From Trypanosoma brucei (taxonomy: Eukaryota), in the NCBI GenBank assembly GCA_000002445.1, contig CH464491.1, positions 5,056,001-5,120,000 of the forward strand: a DNA stretch of 64,000 nucleotides, written 5' to 3'. Positions within the stretch are counted from its first letter, which is position 1, and the number at the start of each line of letters is the position of its first letter. The notes beneath the pieces are model-generated. The model saw only the letters and a program-made list of their open reading frames with translations. It ran no database searches and was not told the DNA's origin. Below, one piece after another: positions 23,190 to 36,360 of the stretch. Both the position numbers and the translations under genes were made by a program.

Positions 23190-24644
23190 TTATGCTAGAA
23201 GCAAAACTGCAAGCAAAGGAAGAGCGTTGATTACAATAGATCTTCTCCCTGTTGAGGTTGTAGACACTTTTTTATTTGGAAAGCATTTCGGGTCTTTTTT
23301 CTCATCAAAATCGCAACCTTTTTCACCTTTGCAGGCTTGCTCCGTTGTATGCTTTTTGCATTCGTCTGCTGATTTTTTCGGTTCTTCTAGTTTGCCTGTT
23401 TTGGTTGGGCAAGAGGGGTTTTCTTGGTTTTTCTTTTTTTGCTCTTCCTCGTCGATAAAATTTTTGATAGTGTAATACGTCGCTGCTTTTGACAGCTCCT
23501 CAGGGGCGTTTATTGAATCAAGTTTTTTAGCGCCGTCTGAGCCTGCTGCTTTACTTGGCTGAAAGGTGTTCAGTAATTGGGTTATTTGTGTTTTGATTGA
23601 GTTTCTTTCTTTGCCGAAAAGTTCTTCGGTTGTGTGTTTAACTTTTTCCTTTAAATTTGGTTGCTCGGCTGTCGCTTCGTGGCCTCCCAAAGCTTTGGCT
23701 ATTGCGTGCCCTGCGGAAGCGGCATCAAAGGCGCTTTCAATGGTAGCAGGTGGTGTTATCGTGCCGAGTTGTGTTGCAGCGTGAACCATTTCAAGTACCA
23801 GCGCAAGTTCTGCTTTTATTGTCGCTTTATTGGGCGTCGTCGCATCGTCGCCGATTTCGTTGTAGGCAAGCGGGGCCGAGTCGCCTGTTGTGTGGGCAAC
23901 TGCTACCGTTGCCGTGAATACTTGCCCTCCTTTGAATCCTATGTTAGTTGCCTGGGTTGAAGTGCAGCTTGCCGTGTTTGGTGCGCCGCTGCTGACCGAG
24001 TTGCTGCCGCATATTGTTAGGTAGGTGCCGAGCGCGCTTCCTGGTGGTGTTGGTGTCACTGTCACTATCGTTATGGCGTTTTTGTGGTCTGCATTATGAT
24101 CGTCGGTGCTCGAGTCCTTTTCCCTGCTGTCGTCCTGTCCGACACAATGAGCTTTAAGAGCCGCGTCCAGCTTGGGCTTGAGTTGGCCTTTTGTCGCTGT
24201 CGCCGTGCTTGTCGTGGCTGTGGCCATATTTAGATCTTGTAGGTGCAGCTGTGAGAGTCTGCTGATTGCTTCCTGGCTCCCTGCGAGCCGGCTCAGCGCT
24301 TCGATGCCTTTTAATAACGCTGGGGTATTTGCGGCTAGCTTATCGTTTGCTTCTGCGGCTTTTTGAATATAAATTGAGCGCAGATAAGCTGCTGCCCAGC
24401 CCGCGTTTGTGTTAACACCGTTGGCGATGACGTCAGGCTTAGAAGCTGTAGTCAGCATCGTCTTGACAGCTTCTTGTGTGGATGTGATTTTGGTCCTTGC
24501 GGAGTCCGCCATCTGCCGCAGCTGCGTTGCTACGTCGCATGCGCTTTTAGCCTTTTTTGTTGGTGTTTTTACAGCTGAAGTTGTTACAACTGGTAGGCAA
24601 AGGGCTATGCTTACGAAAGTCAATGCCTTGAAGTTTGCCAACAT
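23190..24644 (-). CDS. Variant surface glycoprotein, apparently intact
   Basis: 484-aa ORF. Signal MLANFKALTFVSIALCLPVVTTSA. Ala/Thr-rich N-domain. C-domain ...ADECKKHTTEQACKGEKGCDFDEKKDPKCFP...IVINALPLLAVLLLA. Confidence 0.85.
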   Translation of the reverse strand: MLANFKALTFVSIALCLPVVTTSAVKTPTKKAKSACDVATQLRQMADSARTKITSTQEAVKTMLTTASKPDVIANGVNTNAGWAAAYLRSIYIQKAAEANDKLAANTPALLKGIEALSRLAGSQEAISRLSQLHLQDLNMATATTSTATATKGQLKPKLDAALKAHCVGQDDSREKDSSTDDHNADHKNAITIVTVTPTPPGSALGTYLTICGSNSVSSGAPNTASCTSTQATNIGFKGGQVFTATVAVAHTTGDSAPLAYNEIGDDATTPNKATIKAELALVLEMVHAATQLGTITPPATIESAFDAASAGHAIAKALGGHEATAEQPNLKEKVKHTTEELFGKERNSIKTQITQLLNTFQPSKAAGSDGAKKLDSINAPEELSKAATYYTIKNFIDEEEQKKKNQENPSCPTKTGKLEEPKKSADECKKHTTEQACKGEKGCDFDEKKDPKCFPNKKVSTTSTGRRSIVINALPLLAVLLLA

Positions 24645-26021
24645 CTTGTCGTCTTGTAGAAGCTTGTGGATTAGAAGTTGGTCAAATGTAAACTTGGGAG
24701 CTTACAGCTTTTGTTTAAAAGAAAGTAGTGACTTTCACACATAATATCCTTCAACAAGTTTTTGTTATATATTGTTAAATTATAAAAAAGCTCGATTTCA
24801 CCATAAAACTCCATAGTAATTATGACAAAAGTTCACCTGCTTTTACGAATAGATTGCATTTTTTAATTATAATTTATGTTGTTTTATAACTATAGCTACA
24901 GCATATATTCTTTATTTGTGAAATTGGTACATAGTGTCCTGAAAATAGGAAACCTATTTATCTCCATGAGGACTCAAAGACAATGTTTTTCTATTTATTT
25001 TATCTAGCGCTATTTTTTTTATATGCCGACGTAATAACATGGCAAGGCCGTCTCTTGTCACGAACGCGAATATTATTTTTGTTTAGGGTTAGCTTTTGTT
25101 TTCCTTAATGTCTTCTTCTCTGAAGACTTGGTAATTTCGACCGCTGAGGGCGGATTTTTTCGCAGTATTTAATTTTTAATTGGCGCCGTTAGATGTGTAT
25201 AAGTGACTTATTTTACATGGATTAGTCGCCCCATCAAGAATATTAACGTCTGCACATTATACCATAATGCAATTTAAGGAGTACTATTGTTTATTCTCTC
25301 AGCTTCATAAAAATCCTCCAGTGGCTCATATACGCACTTTTTAAAGACGTTTTCGCGTCTAATTCTTCATATTTTGTCACTTTAATCAATTAGTAGTCCT
25401 ATTTTTAAAAATATTCTCCCAATAATATTATATTAGTGGGCATATATATGAATTAACGCCTATTAATGTATCTAATAAAAGGGAAACTTTGGCAGTACAT
25501 TACACTTACTCATTCCTTCCGTCCTCTTTATTCTTCACATCTAATATTAAGATCCTCTATCATATAACAAAAAACAGTCATCAATTTCTCTTCAATAACA
25601 TCTATACATTTTTGAGTATTATACGGAGAACAGACTTCTACATTATAATTTCATTCTGTGCTTCTCTGTACCGTGCGTCTATTTGCTTCACTCTATATTT
25701 ACTTTTCTTCTTCTCCGACAGCTGCTTCAATCCATACGGATTACATACCGACTCCCTTGCGCATGTGTACTTTACTTCGGATCACCCCTACTGTTCCTTC
25801 ATCACATTCTAGTTTACAAAGATTACCAGCTTTATATCAGTGGACAAAACTATGCACATTTTATCACCACCCAATTATTTCTCTTTTGGAGTTGTCCTTT
25901 AATAATATTACTCGAGCTCTCGCCCTCCAACTTCTTTACTCACTTAATACAACTGCACACACTTCAATATCTTACGTGCTACTATTTTTCGTTGCCTATC
26001 TTGGCTTCAGAAGAACTCTTA

Positions 26022-26100
26022 ACATAATATTTGTATATACACACTCTCACAAAACTCTTCTATTATTATTACTATTATCATCTTTAATATGTATTACAGC
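26022..26100 (-). repeat. VSG 70-bp repeat
   Basis: aacataatatttgtatatacacactctcacaaaactcttctattattattactattatc. Confidence 0.8.
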
Positions 26101-26399
26101 AAAAAATGAATTAAAAGAGTAAATAAGTGTAACCCTAATTTTTTATACACTATGATAATAGTATCGTGAAGGTGTTGGACACAGTAAAACACTTTCATAC
26201 ATTACATATTTTTTAAAAATTTCATTCTTTCAATATTTAAGAAATTTTGCAAAGTTTCATCAAAAACGTGTTGCAATATATCCAATGTTAGCAAATTTAG
26301 TAAATTCTCAAAAAATGTCCAAGTTTCATAAGGTTTATTCGTTTTATAAAATAAAACAAATATCCTTATAATAATAAAATGCTATAAAATGTACAAAAG

Positions 26400-26800
26400 C
26401 AGCAGCCATACTTAGAGCCGATTTCTTATTGACGAGAAACTGGAAGAGTGGAATTTGAAACTTTTATCACCTCAACTTGCATCATCTCCTTTCCAGCCAC
26501 AAAATTTGTTTTTTCCTACTGGTTTGGGACTGTATGCCGCCTCACATTCCGTATGTGCATTAGGATCAGCACATGTCTTTCCATTCTTATTTTTCCCATC
26601 ATTCCCTCCTTCTTAGTTTGCTTCTTTTTCTACTTTCTTCTTGATTTCCTCACTCAACGTGCACTTTTTGCAGTCGTCGATTTTCGGTTTGAAAACGGAC
26701 CTCTAGCAGTTGAGCGGCTTCAGCTGTTGGGTTCCAGCGACAGATTGTGTAGCCGCTCTTTGATTTCTAATTTTGATAATTGGCCATCCCCCAAATGTTA
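26400..26800 (-). pseudogene. Orphan VSG C-terminal fragment (paralog of fragment 1745-2060)
   Basis: DNA is homologous to 1790-2060 (cctcactcaaYgtgcacttttt...gcagttgagcggctt). 16-mer-like element at 26263-26287. No N-domain. Confidence 0.6.
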
Positions 26801-27002
26801 GTATTTTTTCCTTATTTCCCCTTTAAAAACAAATCGTTTCGCGCGGCGAAACTGCCACCCGCCAGCGTATACCGAAAGATTTAGGCCGCTCGCAGCCCAA
26901 AACTCAGAATTTAAATTCATAAAAGCTCAAAAAGTTAAATCGAAACAAGCTGCTAGTGATGTAGATTCGGCTAATTTAAACAAGGATGTTTGCTGCGTGA
27001 AT

Positions 27003-27017
27003 AAGGGTTAGGGTTGT
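27003..27017 (+). repeat. (TTAGGG)2 in opposite orientation to the adjacent CCCTAA tract
   Basis: taagggttagggttg on the plus strand, 100 bp from the CCCTAA-type tract at 27117-27180 (head-to-head arrangement). Confidence 0.7.
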
Positions 27018-27116
27018 CATAAAAAAAAAGATCCGCTTCATCATTAAAATTTAAAAAAACTAAAGTCACAACGCTTCACTGCTAGTAAAAAAACTTACTA
27101 GTAAGAGGAGAAATAA

Positions 27117-27180
27117 CTCTAACCCTAACCTTCCTAACCTCCCTAACCCTCCATACCTCTCCCTACCTACCGCCTACCCT
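27117..27180 (-). repeat. Degenerate interstitial telomere repeat tract (CCCTAA-like)
   Basis: ctctaaccctaaccttcctaacctccctaaccctccatacctctccctacctaccgcctaccctc, about 110 bp 3' of the VSG 27350-28860 3'UTR. Equivalent position to 2250-2284 within the duplicated module. Confidence 0.8.
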
Positions 27181-27283
27181 CTTTTTTGGTTTGTTAGACA
27201 AAAAACAACAAGAAAATAAAAGAAATTTTTTAACTATCAAAAACAAAATTTTACACGCACAGACGGCCAAAAAAAAATATTCC

Positions 27284-27306
27284 CGGGAAAATTACGTGTT
27301 AAAATA
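27284..27306 (-). promoter_or_regulatory. VSG 3'UTR 16-mer element
   Basis: acgtgttaaaatatataaaaatc. Confidence 0.7.
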
Positions 27307-27349
27307 TATAAAAATCTCAGAAAGAAAAAAAGAGGGGGAAAAATTTGTT

Positions 27350-28860
27350 TTAAAAAAGCAAGGCCACATATGCGGCAGAAACCATCATGGCGAATTGTTT
27401 GTTTCCTAGAATAGAGGAATCTTTGCATTTATCCTCAATCCATCCACAATAAGCTTTTTCACCAGGTTTTTTGTCCCTCATTCTCCTTTTCACAGTTTGC
27501 TTTATCTTTATGTTTTGTACACCTCTCTGAAGCAGTATTTGTTTCTTTTTTTGAGCTTGTGCTACAGGAACGCCGGTTGCTGTCGCTTTTTTTGGCATCA
27601 AATTTACATTTTTTGGTTTGTTCGGTTTCTGTTGTATTATAACTGCATATAGGATTTGCGTTACATGCAGCAACTTCTGTTAGTTTGCTTCAAGTTTCTT
27701 CTGCTTTTTTACGCCTAAGAACCCTCTGAAAGTTCCTTGTGGTAATCTGGAGCTTTTTTGTTTGCTTTTTTGTTTAAAATTTGTAGTTTCTTTTCTTCCT
27801 TGCGAGCTAGTTGCTGATAGTCTAGCTGCATGGTTAGCTGTAGGTCTATTTGGCCACGTGTCGGAGCTAGTGCTTTGTCCCCTTTAAGAGCTTTTACGAA
27901 GCCACTGTCGCTGCCGTTGGCTGGTATTTTGAAAAGCTCGGTTGCTATTTTCTTTATGTCGTTTTCTTCTTTGGCGGGCTTGTATTGGTAGAAAGAGTTT
28001 ATTGTGTCTTTGAGCTTTCTACCTACTGCGTCCGGTTTCAATAGCTTCTCTAGTCCGTCGGCGTCGAGCGTTTGCGCTGTATCGGTCGCAGACAAGTAAT
28101 TATGTGTTGCTGTGTAAGACGATGCTATCGGCTTGAGTATATCCGTCTCCGTTGCTGCTTTTTCGATGTTGTTTGTTGCAAAGCCCCCGGTGTTTGCTAT
28201 TTCTATTAAACCTTCCAGCAGCAGCATGTTGCCGGTATCCTTTTTGTAAGCCGTTAGGACAGCTGCGGTTAAAGCACAGCTGTTTGCTGTTGCTCCCGTC
28301 AGGGCGGTCGAAGCTGAGAACACTTGAATTGCCGCCTCTTGTAAGTTTGTGGCGTCGGGGATTTCGGCTGTTAAGTCAGTGGCTTTGCAGCCATTGCTAG
28401 CCGCTTCGTTTGACTCCGTATTTGGCTGTGTGCGTGCTGAAATACAGAAGCCGTTAGATGGGTTTGTGCGCTGCGCATTCTTGAACAAGAGCATTAGTTC
28501 GTCTATTCTGCCACTTGCGTAAGAGACTTGGCCTGCAGCCTTTACGGCTGCTGTCATTTTTGAAGTGGGTTCAGTTAGGTGTCGGTCGCCTTCGCCTTGC
28601 AGGTAGGCTGCCAGTATCAGAGGTTGCGTTGCCCATCCCGGTGATTTCACTGCACATGCAGTTAGCCTTGCTGTAGCAGCGTTGATTACTTTCAGATAGC
28701 TAGCTGTGTTTGACAGCTTTAGCCGCGTTCCGAGCTGCGGCTTTTTTTGCTTTAGCAGAGAAATCGCAAGTTTTCTGTGCAGCGGCACTGCTTAGTGCAT
28801 CACCTGCACTGGCTGAGCCCTCGTGTGCGTTAATGTACACTAGTCAAAATAGTGTAAGGC
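27350..28860 (-). pseudogene. VSG pseudogene (signal peptide stopped; C-domain in a different frame)
   Basis: MIRTGLTLF* then LVYINAHEGSASAG... at about 28790-28860. 357-aa N-domain ORF 27715-28788. C-terminus ...CGWIEDKCKDSSILGNKQFAMMVSAAYVALLF in ORF 27350-27673. 3'UTR 16-mer at 27284-27306. Confidence 0.85.
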
Positions 28861-30159
28861 CTGTTCTAATCATGTTACTCCCTTTGGAGGTAGTGATTCA
28901 AATTAGATTTAAAGTCTGGGTTGAATATCGTTGGGTTTAGCTGGCCATATTCGTTTCACAGAAGTTACACTACTTTTCCCTTTCTCTTAATGTATGGTAC
29001 ACTTAAATGCTGTTATTTCCGGTTTTTTAAGACCTAGTTTTGAATGGAAGGCTTATACATAGGCCTTGCTGGCCTTCTTCTATTTATACAGAGCCACGAG
29101 CTATTGCAACATCTATTTCAGTAGCCTTCCAATATTACCTCTAAAGCCGAAATCCTCAACAGAAAATTGTGATCACCTCTTTTTGTGCTTTATCTCTTAA
29201 ATTGTGCTTTGAAAATTTTAAACTAAGCCTTTCTGTTAATTGTCTCAACGACAGCTTTGTTCGATTGGAAAGGTTTGTACGCAGCCGCAAGCCAGTCGGC
29301 CGCCTTCAGGTGGCCTTTCACCTACACGCAGCTTAGTAAAAGAATATGTACTTTTAATACTAATTCCATTATATTTCTATATCTATTGCGTATATTCTGC
29401 CAACGGCAAGTCCAAACGTTTTGTCCAAGTACGAAAACCTCACACATCACTATGGCTCAAAATCCAAATATTATGTTATGTTATGGCGTTTATTTTATGT
29501 CAGTCCTGCTTTGCACACCTGTTAAATTACCAGCTAACGATGCTTTTTTTTTCCGCATTCAATTGTTCTTCTGCCTCTTCTTTTATTCATTTTCCGTCTA
29601 ATAGGTGACATTGAGTCTAAAATACGGAACTTGTTTCCAAAAAGTTACGCTTTCATTTCTTCTCTTTTTTAAATATGATACATTGCTTTCGCATCAGCGA
29701 CACCTCTTGTGTCAATTATTCACACCTTAAAACTCTTGGTATCTTTTTAGTATACCCATACAGAAAAAGAGAGATATTTACATTCATTTTTTCCACTACA
29801 AAACTCCTTCCATTTGTTCATATAGGTGTTTCCATTTCTATCTGCGGTTCGCCTTACTGGAGTATTGACTAGAACCGCCCTTTTTACTAATTCGCCGTGT
29901 ATTGTTGTCTTTACGTCTGCTGCAGCCGGGAAAACAAGTCTTGGCATTGTGGCTGCCTATATTTTTTGTTCGATAGTTTCTTCTTTGTCTTTCTCTTTGA
30001 CGTCACGCATAATCTTTTACTCTAAATTTTCTTTTATAATAATATTTCTCATTATTCGTGTTCCTTCCTTTTCATTCATTTTAACACTCTCTATTTTTAA
30101 TTTAAACCTACCAATTGTGTTAAATTCCTTAATTGAGGACTTTAAGTTGTCCTTTATAA

Positions 30160-30240
30160 CCACCATTATTATTATATTCGTATATACACACACTCAAAAT
30201 ACTCTCCTCTCATTATTACTATTTCTATTACAATTTTAAT
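30160..30240 (-). repeat. VSG 70-bp repeat
   Basis: attattattatattcgtatatacacacactcaaaatactctcctctcattattactatttc. Confidence 0.8.
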
Positions 30241-30377
30241 TTCAACTAATAACTATACAGTAAACAAAATTAACAAATCTACAATAGAACTTTTTATACC
30301 ATATCACCCTTCTGCTTTACACCCATAGGACACTTTCATACACACTCTTTCAAATTTTATATTTAAACATTTTCGTT

Positions 30378-30402
30378 AAAAAGTGTTAAAATATATCAAA
30401 TT
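30378..30402 (-). promoter_or_regulatory. VSG 3'UTR 16-mer element (exact)
   Basis: aaaagtgttaaaatatatcaaat contains gtgttaaaatatatca, the exact reverse complement of TGATATATTTTAACAC. Confidence 0.85.
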
Positions 30403-30592
30403 TTAGCAATTTTAGGAAAATCTCTCACAAAGAAAATATTAATTATTTTTATAAGTTTCATAAAATCAAGCAAAAATTCTTAGAATGCTTAAAATACTAT
30501 CAAGCCCATAAATACAGCGGCCATACTCAGAGCCAATTTCTTATTTACAAGAAAAGTGAAATTCTTGCAAGTTTCATCTTTCCATTAACAGC

Positions 30593-32003
30593 TTATGTCA
30601 GCATCGCATTTAGTTTTATCATTTCTAAGTTTTTCCCATTCAGTTTTAGTTTCTGCTTCATTTTCTGCTGTTTTCTTTGTTTTGGTTTCTTTTTCTGTTT
30701 TAATTTTCTATATTTAACCTCTTCTGCGCTTGCATTATAGTCGCAGTTAGCCTTCGTGCATTTGTCTTTGCTGGCGTGGTGAGCTTCGCATGTTTTGCTG
30801 TATCGTTCCGGTCCTATTGCTGAGTCGGCCGCTTGCCGACTATCTTTTACTTTCCTTCTGTGCATGATGCTGTTTACAGACGCTCTGATTGCTGACAGCT
30901 CGGTTTCTAGCTGGGCTTTTATTATCTTGGCCTGTCGCGTCGCTTCTTCGCTTTGCCTTATAGTTTTAATCGCATTATTTACCTTCTTTACCCATGGTAG
31001 AGTGTCGAACACCGTCGTGCTCTTCGCGCTGTCACCAGTGAACTTTACACATTGTCCGTTGGCTTGGCCCCCGTCGCATCTGTTTTGACAACATGCCCCT
31101 AGGTACGTCGCACCGGGTTCGCTTTTGACTGTTGCGTGGATCCGAGCCATTGCCGCTGCTAGCACACCAGCCGGAATTGGCTGTGGCAGCTTTGTGCGTG
31201 CAGTGCCTTTTCAGAAGTTTCCACTGAGTATCTGCAACGGCCTTGCCGCTGGTTCAGTCTGTTAGTGCGGTCTGCGGGTTTACGCAGGCCCTAGTTAGGC
31301 TGGCGGAACCGCTGCATACGCATATTGCGGTTGCAACTACGGTGTTGGTTTGTAGCGCTTCTGGGGTGTTTGTGGACGCTGTCTCCGGGTCCCCTGCCGC
31401 TGCAACTAAGAATGCTTTGTCGGCTTCTATGGTTCCCCCGCATGCGACTGCAGTACCGAAAGCTGCCGTTCGTATGTTAGTGGTTAGTGCTTTTGTGTTG
31501 GCACTCTGCTCCTTGTCATACAGCGCAGTTAGTTCTTTTTGTAGTACCACCGCCCTTGTTGCTCCGCCCTGAATCGTGTGCCACAGTTCTTCCTTCTGCT
31601 CTTCTGTTAATGTGTCAGCGGCAGCTTCTTTCATTGTTAACAGCGTAGTTTTCTCAACCTCCGTGTCTTTCGCTGCCTTCAGCCAAAGTGGCCACCTTTC
31701 CGCCCATCCGGATATTTTGTTTAGGTCAGCCGGTATTGTTTCTTCCCATGAATCCGGTGGCGTCTTTTTTTTGAATATTCCCCGCCATTCTGCGTCATAT
31801 AGTGTCATGTTTATCTGCTGTACTTTTTTGGTTACTGGGTTCTCTTTTGTTGCTTCTGATCCTAGCTTTATCGCTGAATCCGCCACGCTTACTATTGTGC
31901 ATAGGTCGTTGAACAGGGCTGCATTCTCTCCCGCTGCAACGTTTGCTTCGTTTCTAGGTAAGGCTAGCAGTAACGTTATCACCAGTAGTGCTATGATATG
32001 CAT
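30593..32003 (-). pseudogene. VSG pseudogene, B-type N-domain, degenerate C-terminus
   Basis: Signal MHIIALLVITLLLALP from 32003. N-domain in 31254-32144 and 30593-31165 (GACCQNRCDGGQANGQCV...LPWVKKV). Frame break about 31165-31254. No GPI signal. 3'UTR at 30378-30402. Confidence 0.8.
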
Positions 32004-32879
32004 CTTCCAAAAATGTTGATATAATCTTGTTGGGTTTTTGTGCTTTTCCTTGATGGTTTTGGTGGTAAGAGGAGTTACGTTGTTTAGTGGTTTGTTTTTG
32101 ATTTTATTGTCTTCTGGTTTGCAGTGGCACCTGCCTGTCATCATGGCCAGCCATATTCTCGACCTGGCTCCGATGAGGTGGTAAATTTTTGATCACTTGT
32201 GCTTGTTTCGGGAATATCAAAACCGCGCTCATGATTTGGTCCTTAAGGTCCCAGTTAGGTTTGTGAAGTGGCGGTTGTTACCACGCTTTTCGCCGTTTCT
32301 TACCTTTGGATTTAAAATTAGAGTTCATACCCTTTTACAGTACTCTATCCCACCTTCATTCCCTCAATTACAAAATAACCCAACTTCTCCCGACTATTTA
32401 TCCGCCAAAGTTAAAAAACATACTCTCTGTGAATCAACATGTCCGTAAGAACATAACTTTTAACATTAGGACATACCACCAAATTTTAAAACAGCAGCCA
32501 ATACCATCATCACAGCTTTTGCATCTACCCATATCTGTGTGAAATGCGCGTCACAGAAAACTCCTTGTAATCCTTGGGCACTATTTTAATTTGAAAGCTG
32601 TGTTGTCGCAGTCTGTCACTTTATTTCGCTTGTTTGTCCCATCATTTATCTTTCCTATCGCTGGTCTCTTTGTATTAGGAGCGACTCGATTTGACTCTTA
32701 CATTGAACACTGTCTTTTCCTTTTCGTCTCCTCCATCATTTTTTTGTGTATGAAGACCATCGTCATATTGTCGTTTGAATCTGAGCATATTTCGTCTTCC
32801 TTAATTTCTCCGTCATTGTCTCGAACAGTTAATTATTCCAATTGATCACTTTCCATTATTTTAACTGCCTCTATTTTTA

Positions 32880-32940
32880 TGATTATTTCGACCCACAGCA
32901 ATTTCTTATCATTATTATCATGATCATAACTAACATCCAT
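32880..32940 (-). repeat. VSG 70-bp repeat (degenerate)
   Basis: ttaactgcctctatttttatgattatttcgacccacagcaatttcttatcattattatcatgatcat. Confidence 0.55.
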
Positions 32941-33189
32941 TAAATAAAAAAAATTGAGATTCACTCATTTGTAACACTCTTTAACCACACAATTTTACAT
33001 CCATAGACCACTTTCACATCAATTTTTTAATTATTAAATTTCTTCAAATTTATACTAATTGGAAAAAGTTTGACAGAAGGCGTTAAAATATATCAAATGG
33101 TATAAAAATTAGTAACTTATCTCAAAATTGAGGAAAACCCTTTTAAATCCTTAAAGTTTTATACTAGAAGCAAAAATGCAAGCAAAAGA

Positions 33190-34510
33190 GGTGCCTTAAT
33201 GACAGCATAATTGTTTCCTGTTGTATTTCTAGCTTTCCCATCTTTCCCTGCAGATTCTTTTCTTTCTTTTTCATCTCCTTTTTCGCCGTCTTCACTCAAT
33301 ACGCATTTTGGTCCCTATTTTATGTTTTCATTATATTTTCAGTTTTTGTCTGCATTGCACGTTTTGGGGTCTACTTTTTCGTTGCCAATTTGTTCTGAGA
33401 TTTTGTTTTCTTTTTTTTCGCTGCCTCTTTCTGCGCCAGTGTTTTTCTCAGTTTGACGATCGTGTCGGAAAGATGCATTTCGTAATAGCTGAGAATGGTG
33501 ATTTGACAGGTTTTCATCTGCAATTTGGGACAGCTTCTACTTCTTCGGGTTACCGCTGATGCCTTCCGGGATCGTTTCTTCGTCGACTAGTTTAAGGGTA
33601 TCGGTAATCTTGTTCTCTTCGTCGCCTCCAAGTAATTGCACCAGCTCCGCTTTACCGTTTTTGGTTTTTTGCTCCTCTTTAGTCAGAAGAACGCTCTTGG
33701 CTGCTTGCAGTATATCCGCTCTTTATGTTGGTTTGCCAGTTGTGTTTTTAAAGTTTTCGGACTGTTTGGTTTCTATTCCTTTCCTTGCATTGAACAAATT
33801 GACGAATGCTGCCAGCTTGCCGACGCCACCGTTGCTGAGTTTTGTTAGGTCTTCCAGAGTTGCTGTTGTGTCTGACGTGGCTACCGTAACGTAACCTGCT
33901 GTGATCTTGAGGGTGTTATCTAGTACCGCCGTTCCATACTTGTTGGCGCCGCCAGCTAGAATGTTACATGCGGCTGTGTTGGCGGCTTGTTGTCGGCGTC
34001 TTCCGTCCTCGAAAGAAGGTTGTCAAAACCTTGGTCTCTTAGCACCGAGGTTGTCAGGTACGTTGCGCTAGCCTCGGAGATCTTGCGATTACACAGCGTA
34101 CCACTAATGTCAGATGCTATTTCTGTTGCTATTGTTGTTGTTGTTGTTTCAAAAAAACCTGTTGTTGTATTACATTTGGCGGAAGTCATCACGTTAAGGA
34201 ACTCGTTAAGGTTGCCTTTCAGATACACTGCATGCGCAACGGCTTTTATGGCCTGTGGAATCGCCGTTTGTCTCAGGTGACTGATTGCTTTGTTTTTTTG
34301 ACTTATATAGGCTTTCAGGAAACTGACTTTTCTGACTGTTTCGGTGCCGCTGTTTTGGGCTAGGTAAATTGCCGTTCGCAGCTCTGCTGATTTACTGTTT
34401 TTTGTTGCTTTCAACTGGTCGGTGCTGCTTTTCATTGCTGCGCCTGCATATGTGTTTAGTTCTTCGCTGAGTTCGCGGACGGGCTGCCAAACCACTTTTA
34501 ATAGCCCCAT
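33190..34510 (-). pseudogene. VSG pseudogene lacking signal peptide, degenerate C-terminus
   Basis: N-domain ORF 33956-34510 (MGLLKVVWQPVRELSEELNTYAGAA...). Upstream signal region is stopped (MLPLQLEWGY*). C-terminal DNA at 33190-33560 is degenerate. 3'UTR at 33079-33100. Confidence 0.75.
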
Positions 34511-36267
34511 TCCAGCTGTAGCGGCAGCATAGCGACAAATTAAGCAAGTTTAAACCAGTGAAAATAACAATGTTCGCAAGTAAAGACCGTAACGGTTTTT
34601 CATTGGTCTTTTAGCCAAAATATTTCTAACTTTTTTTCGGTAGTTCCTATGGGTTAAAAAAATAAAAATAAAAAGTTTTCTTGGGCCTGTAAAACCGCCT
34701 TTGGGTGTGAGTCATTAAATGGTAGGAAAAAACCACAGATTGTTAGCTACCTGATACTGCAACCTTCCAACCGCACCGCTATCTAATACCCAAGTAAAAA
34801 ATGAAAGAAATTAAATTGGATAAATATGTAACAAATACAAAACTACAGTTTTCTATTTTTAAAATTCCATTAAAGAATTAAAAACATTTTCATTTAAAAA
34901 ATTTTAAGTCAAATCAATGATGTCATGTCATTTCCAAAAATGAAAAAGACAAAAACAGCACGTATTTCTTCCACAAAAAATTATAAACATTCGAAAAATT
35001 TATAATAATGACGAAAAGTAGCGCACTAAGAAAATAGGCAAATTATCACTCTAAATTGCTGTGTTTTTCATATGTTCAACTTGTTCAAAGTTCAGCTTCA
35101 CCACATAAACCAATGGAAAGTATTTAAAAAGTTAACCTCAGTTGTAGTAGTATGACACGTTTACAGTTTCAGTTAGAAGCAGGGTCTTTCTATATATATC
35201 TGTTTATGAAACACTGAAAATTGATGATTTTCAGTGGCTTATATCATCTGCTAGTTCACATGCTTCACTTTGTGTCGGAATAAATGGTCTGTTTTTTATT
35301 CTGTCGGACATAATTGACATTTTGTTTGTACTTGTGCGTGTCTGAATTCACTTTGGGCTGATGCCGTTTATACCTTGATTATTTGGGACCGAAAATTGCC
35401 TTCCTTTACGTTTTTCGTTTGTTACCATACGACGGTAAATCTCTATCGGAGTCAGCTTTGATGTGAATCAGTTACTCGCTTCTTGACAGAAGTAAATTTC
35501 TCATCTGGATTCAAAAGAAGGATTGGAGAAGTGTCGCCACTGATTCTCTCTCGTCATAAACATCGTCTACTGTTTTATAAATTCGCTATTTTAAGTGTTT
35601 TTCTCATTTTTTCTTTTTTCAACGTTCACGTCAATTCATTTGAAGTTATAGTTGTAATATTCTAATCACGATAGTACTATATTGGTTTCCACAAATGTTG
35701 CGGTTTATTACGATATCTAATGGGAATATGACTTCAAAATTATTACACACATAACCAATCTGTTTTACTTTATTCGGTTCGTCCTCTTCACAGCTGGATA
35801 TTATTATTTGCCATCAGAATAAAAAACACAGTTTTTACAGTCATCTCTGCAAAAAATATATTAATTTTTTAATGAAATATGCATCGTCATCTGTTCTTCA
35901 CCATCTACCATTTCTTCTGTGGTATACTCTTGCAGTTTCACCTTTTTGAAGTCTGAAATATCTTTCTTCTATCCTTTTTTCTATCTTCGCTTTTGTAGAT
36001 AACGTAGCAATCCACTCTCTCTGCACTTCCTTCTGTTTCTGCCTTATTGTTATTTCCATCACATTCTGTAAATAATTATTCACATATTAATATTTGTTTT
36101 TGAAGAAATACGTATAGAAACTTTTTTAAATATTTATTCGTCTCTATTTCCTTAAATAATGTTAATTGTTCTTTCTCCAATTCACCGTTACTTTAATAGT
36201 CCTCTATTACCCTCGCTATTTTTTAATGTTTTTATTTTGACTCACTATTTAGTCATCACCACTACTT

Positions 36268-36360
36268 TTATTATAATATTCGTATATTCACACACTCACT
36301 GCTCTCTCCTATCATTATCATTATTATTATATTACCATTATGATCCTGATTAATACCAAT
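36268..36360 (-). repeat. VSG 70-bp repeat
   Basis: ttattataatattcgtatattcacacactcactgctctctcctatcattatcattattattat. Confidence 0.85.
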
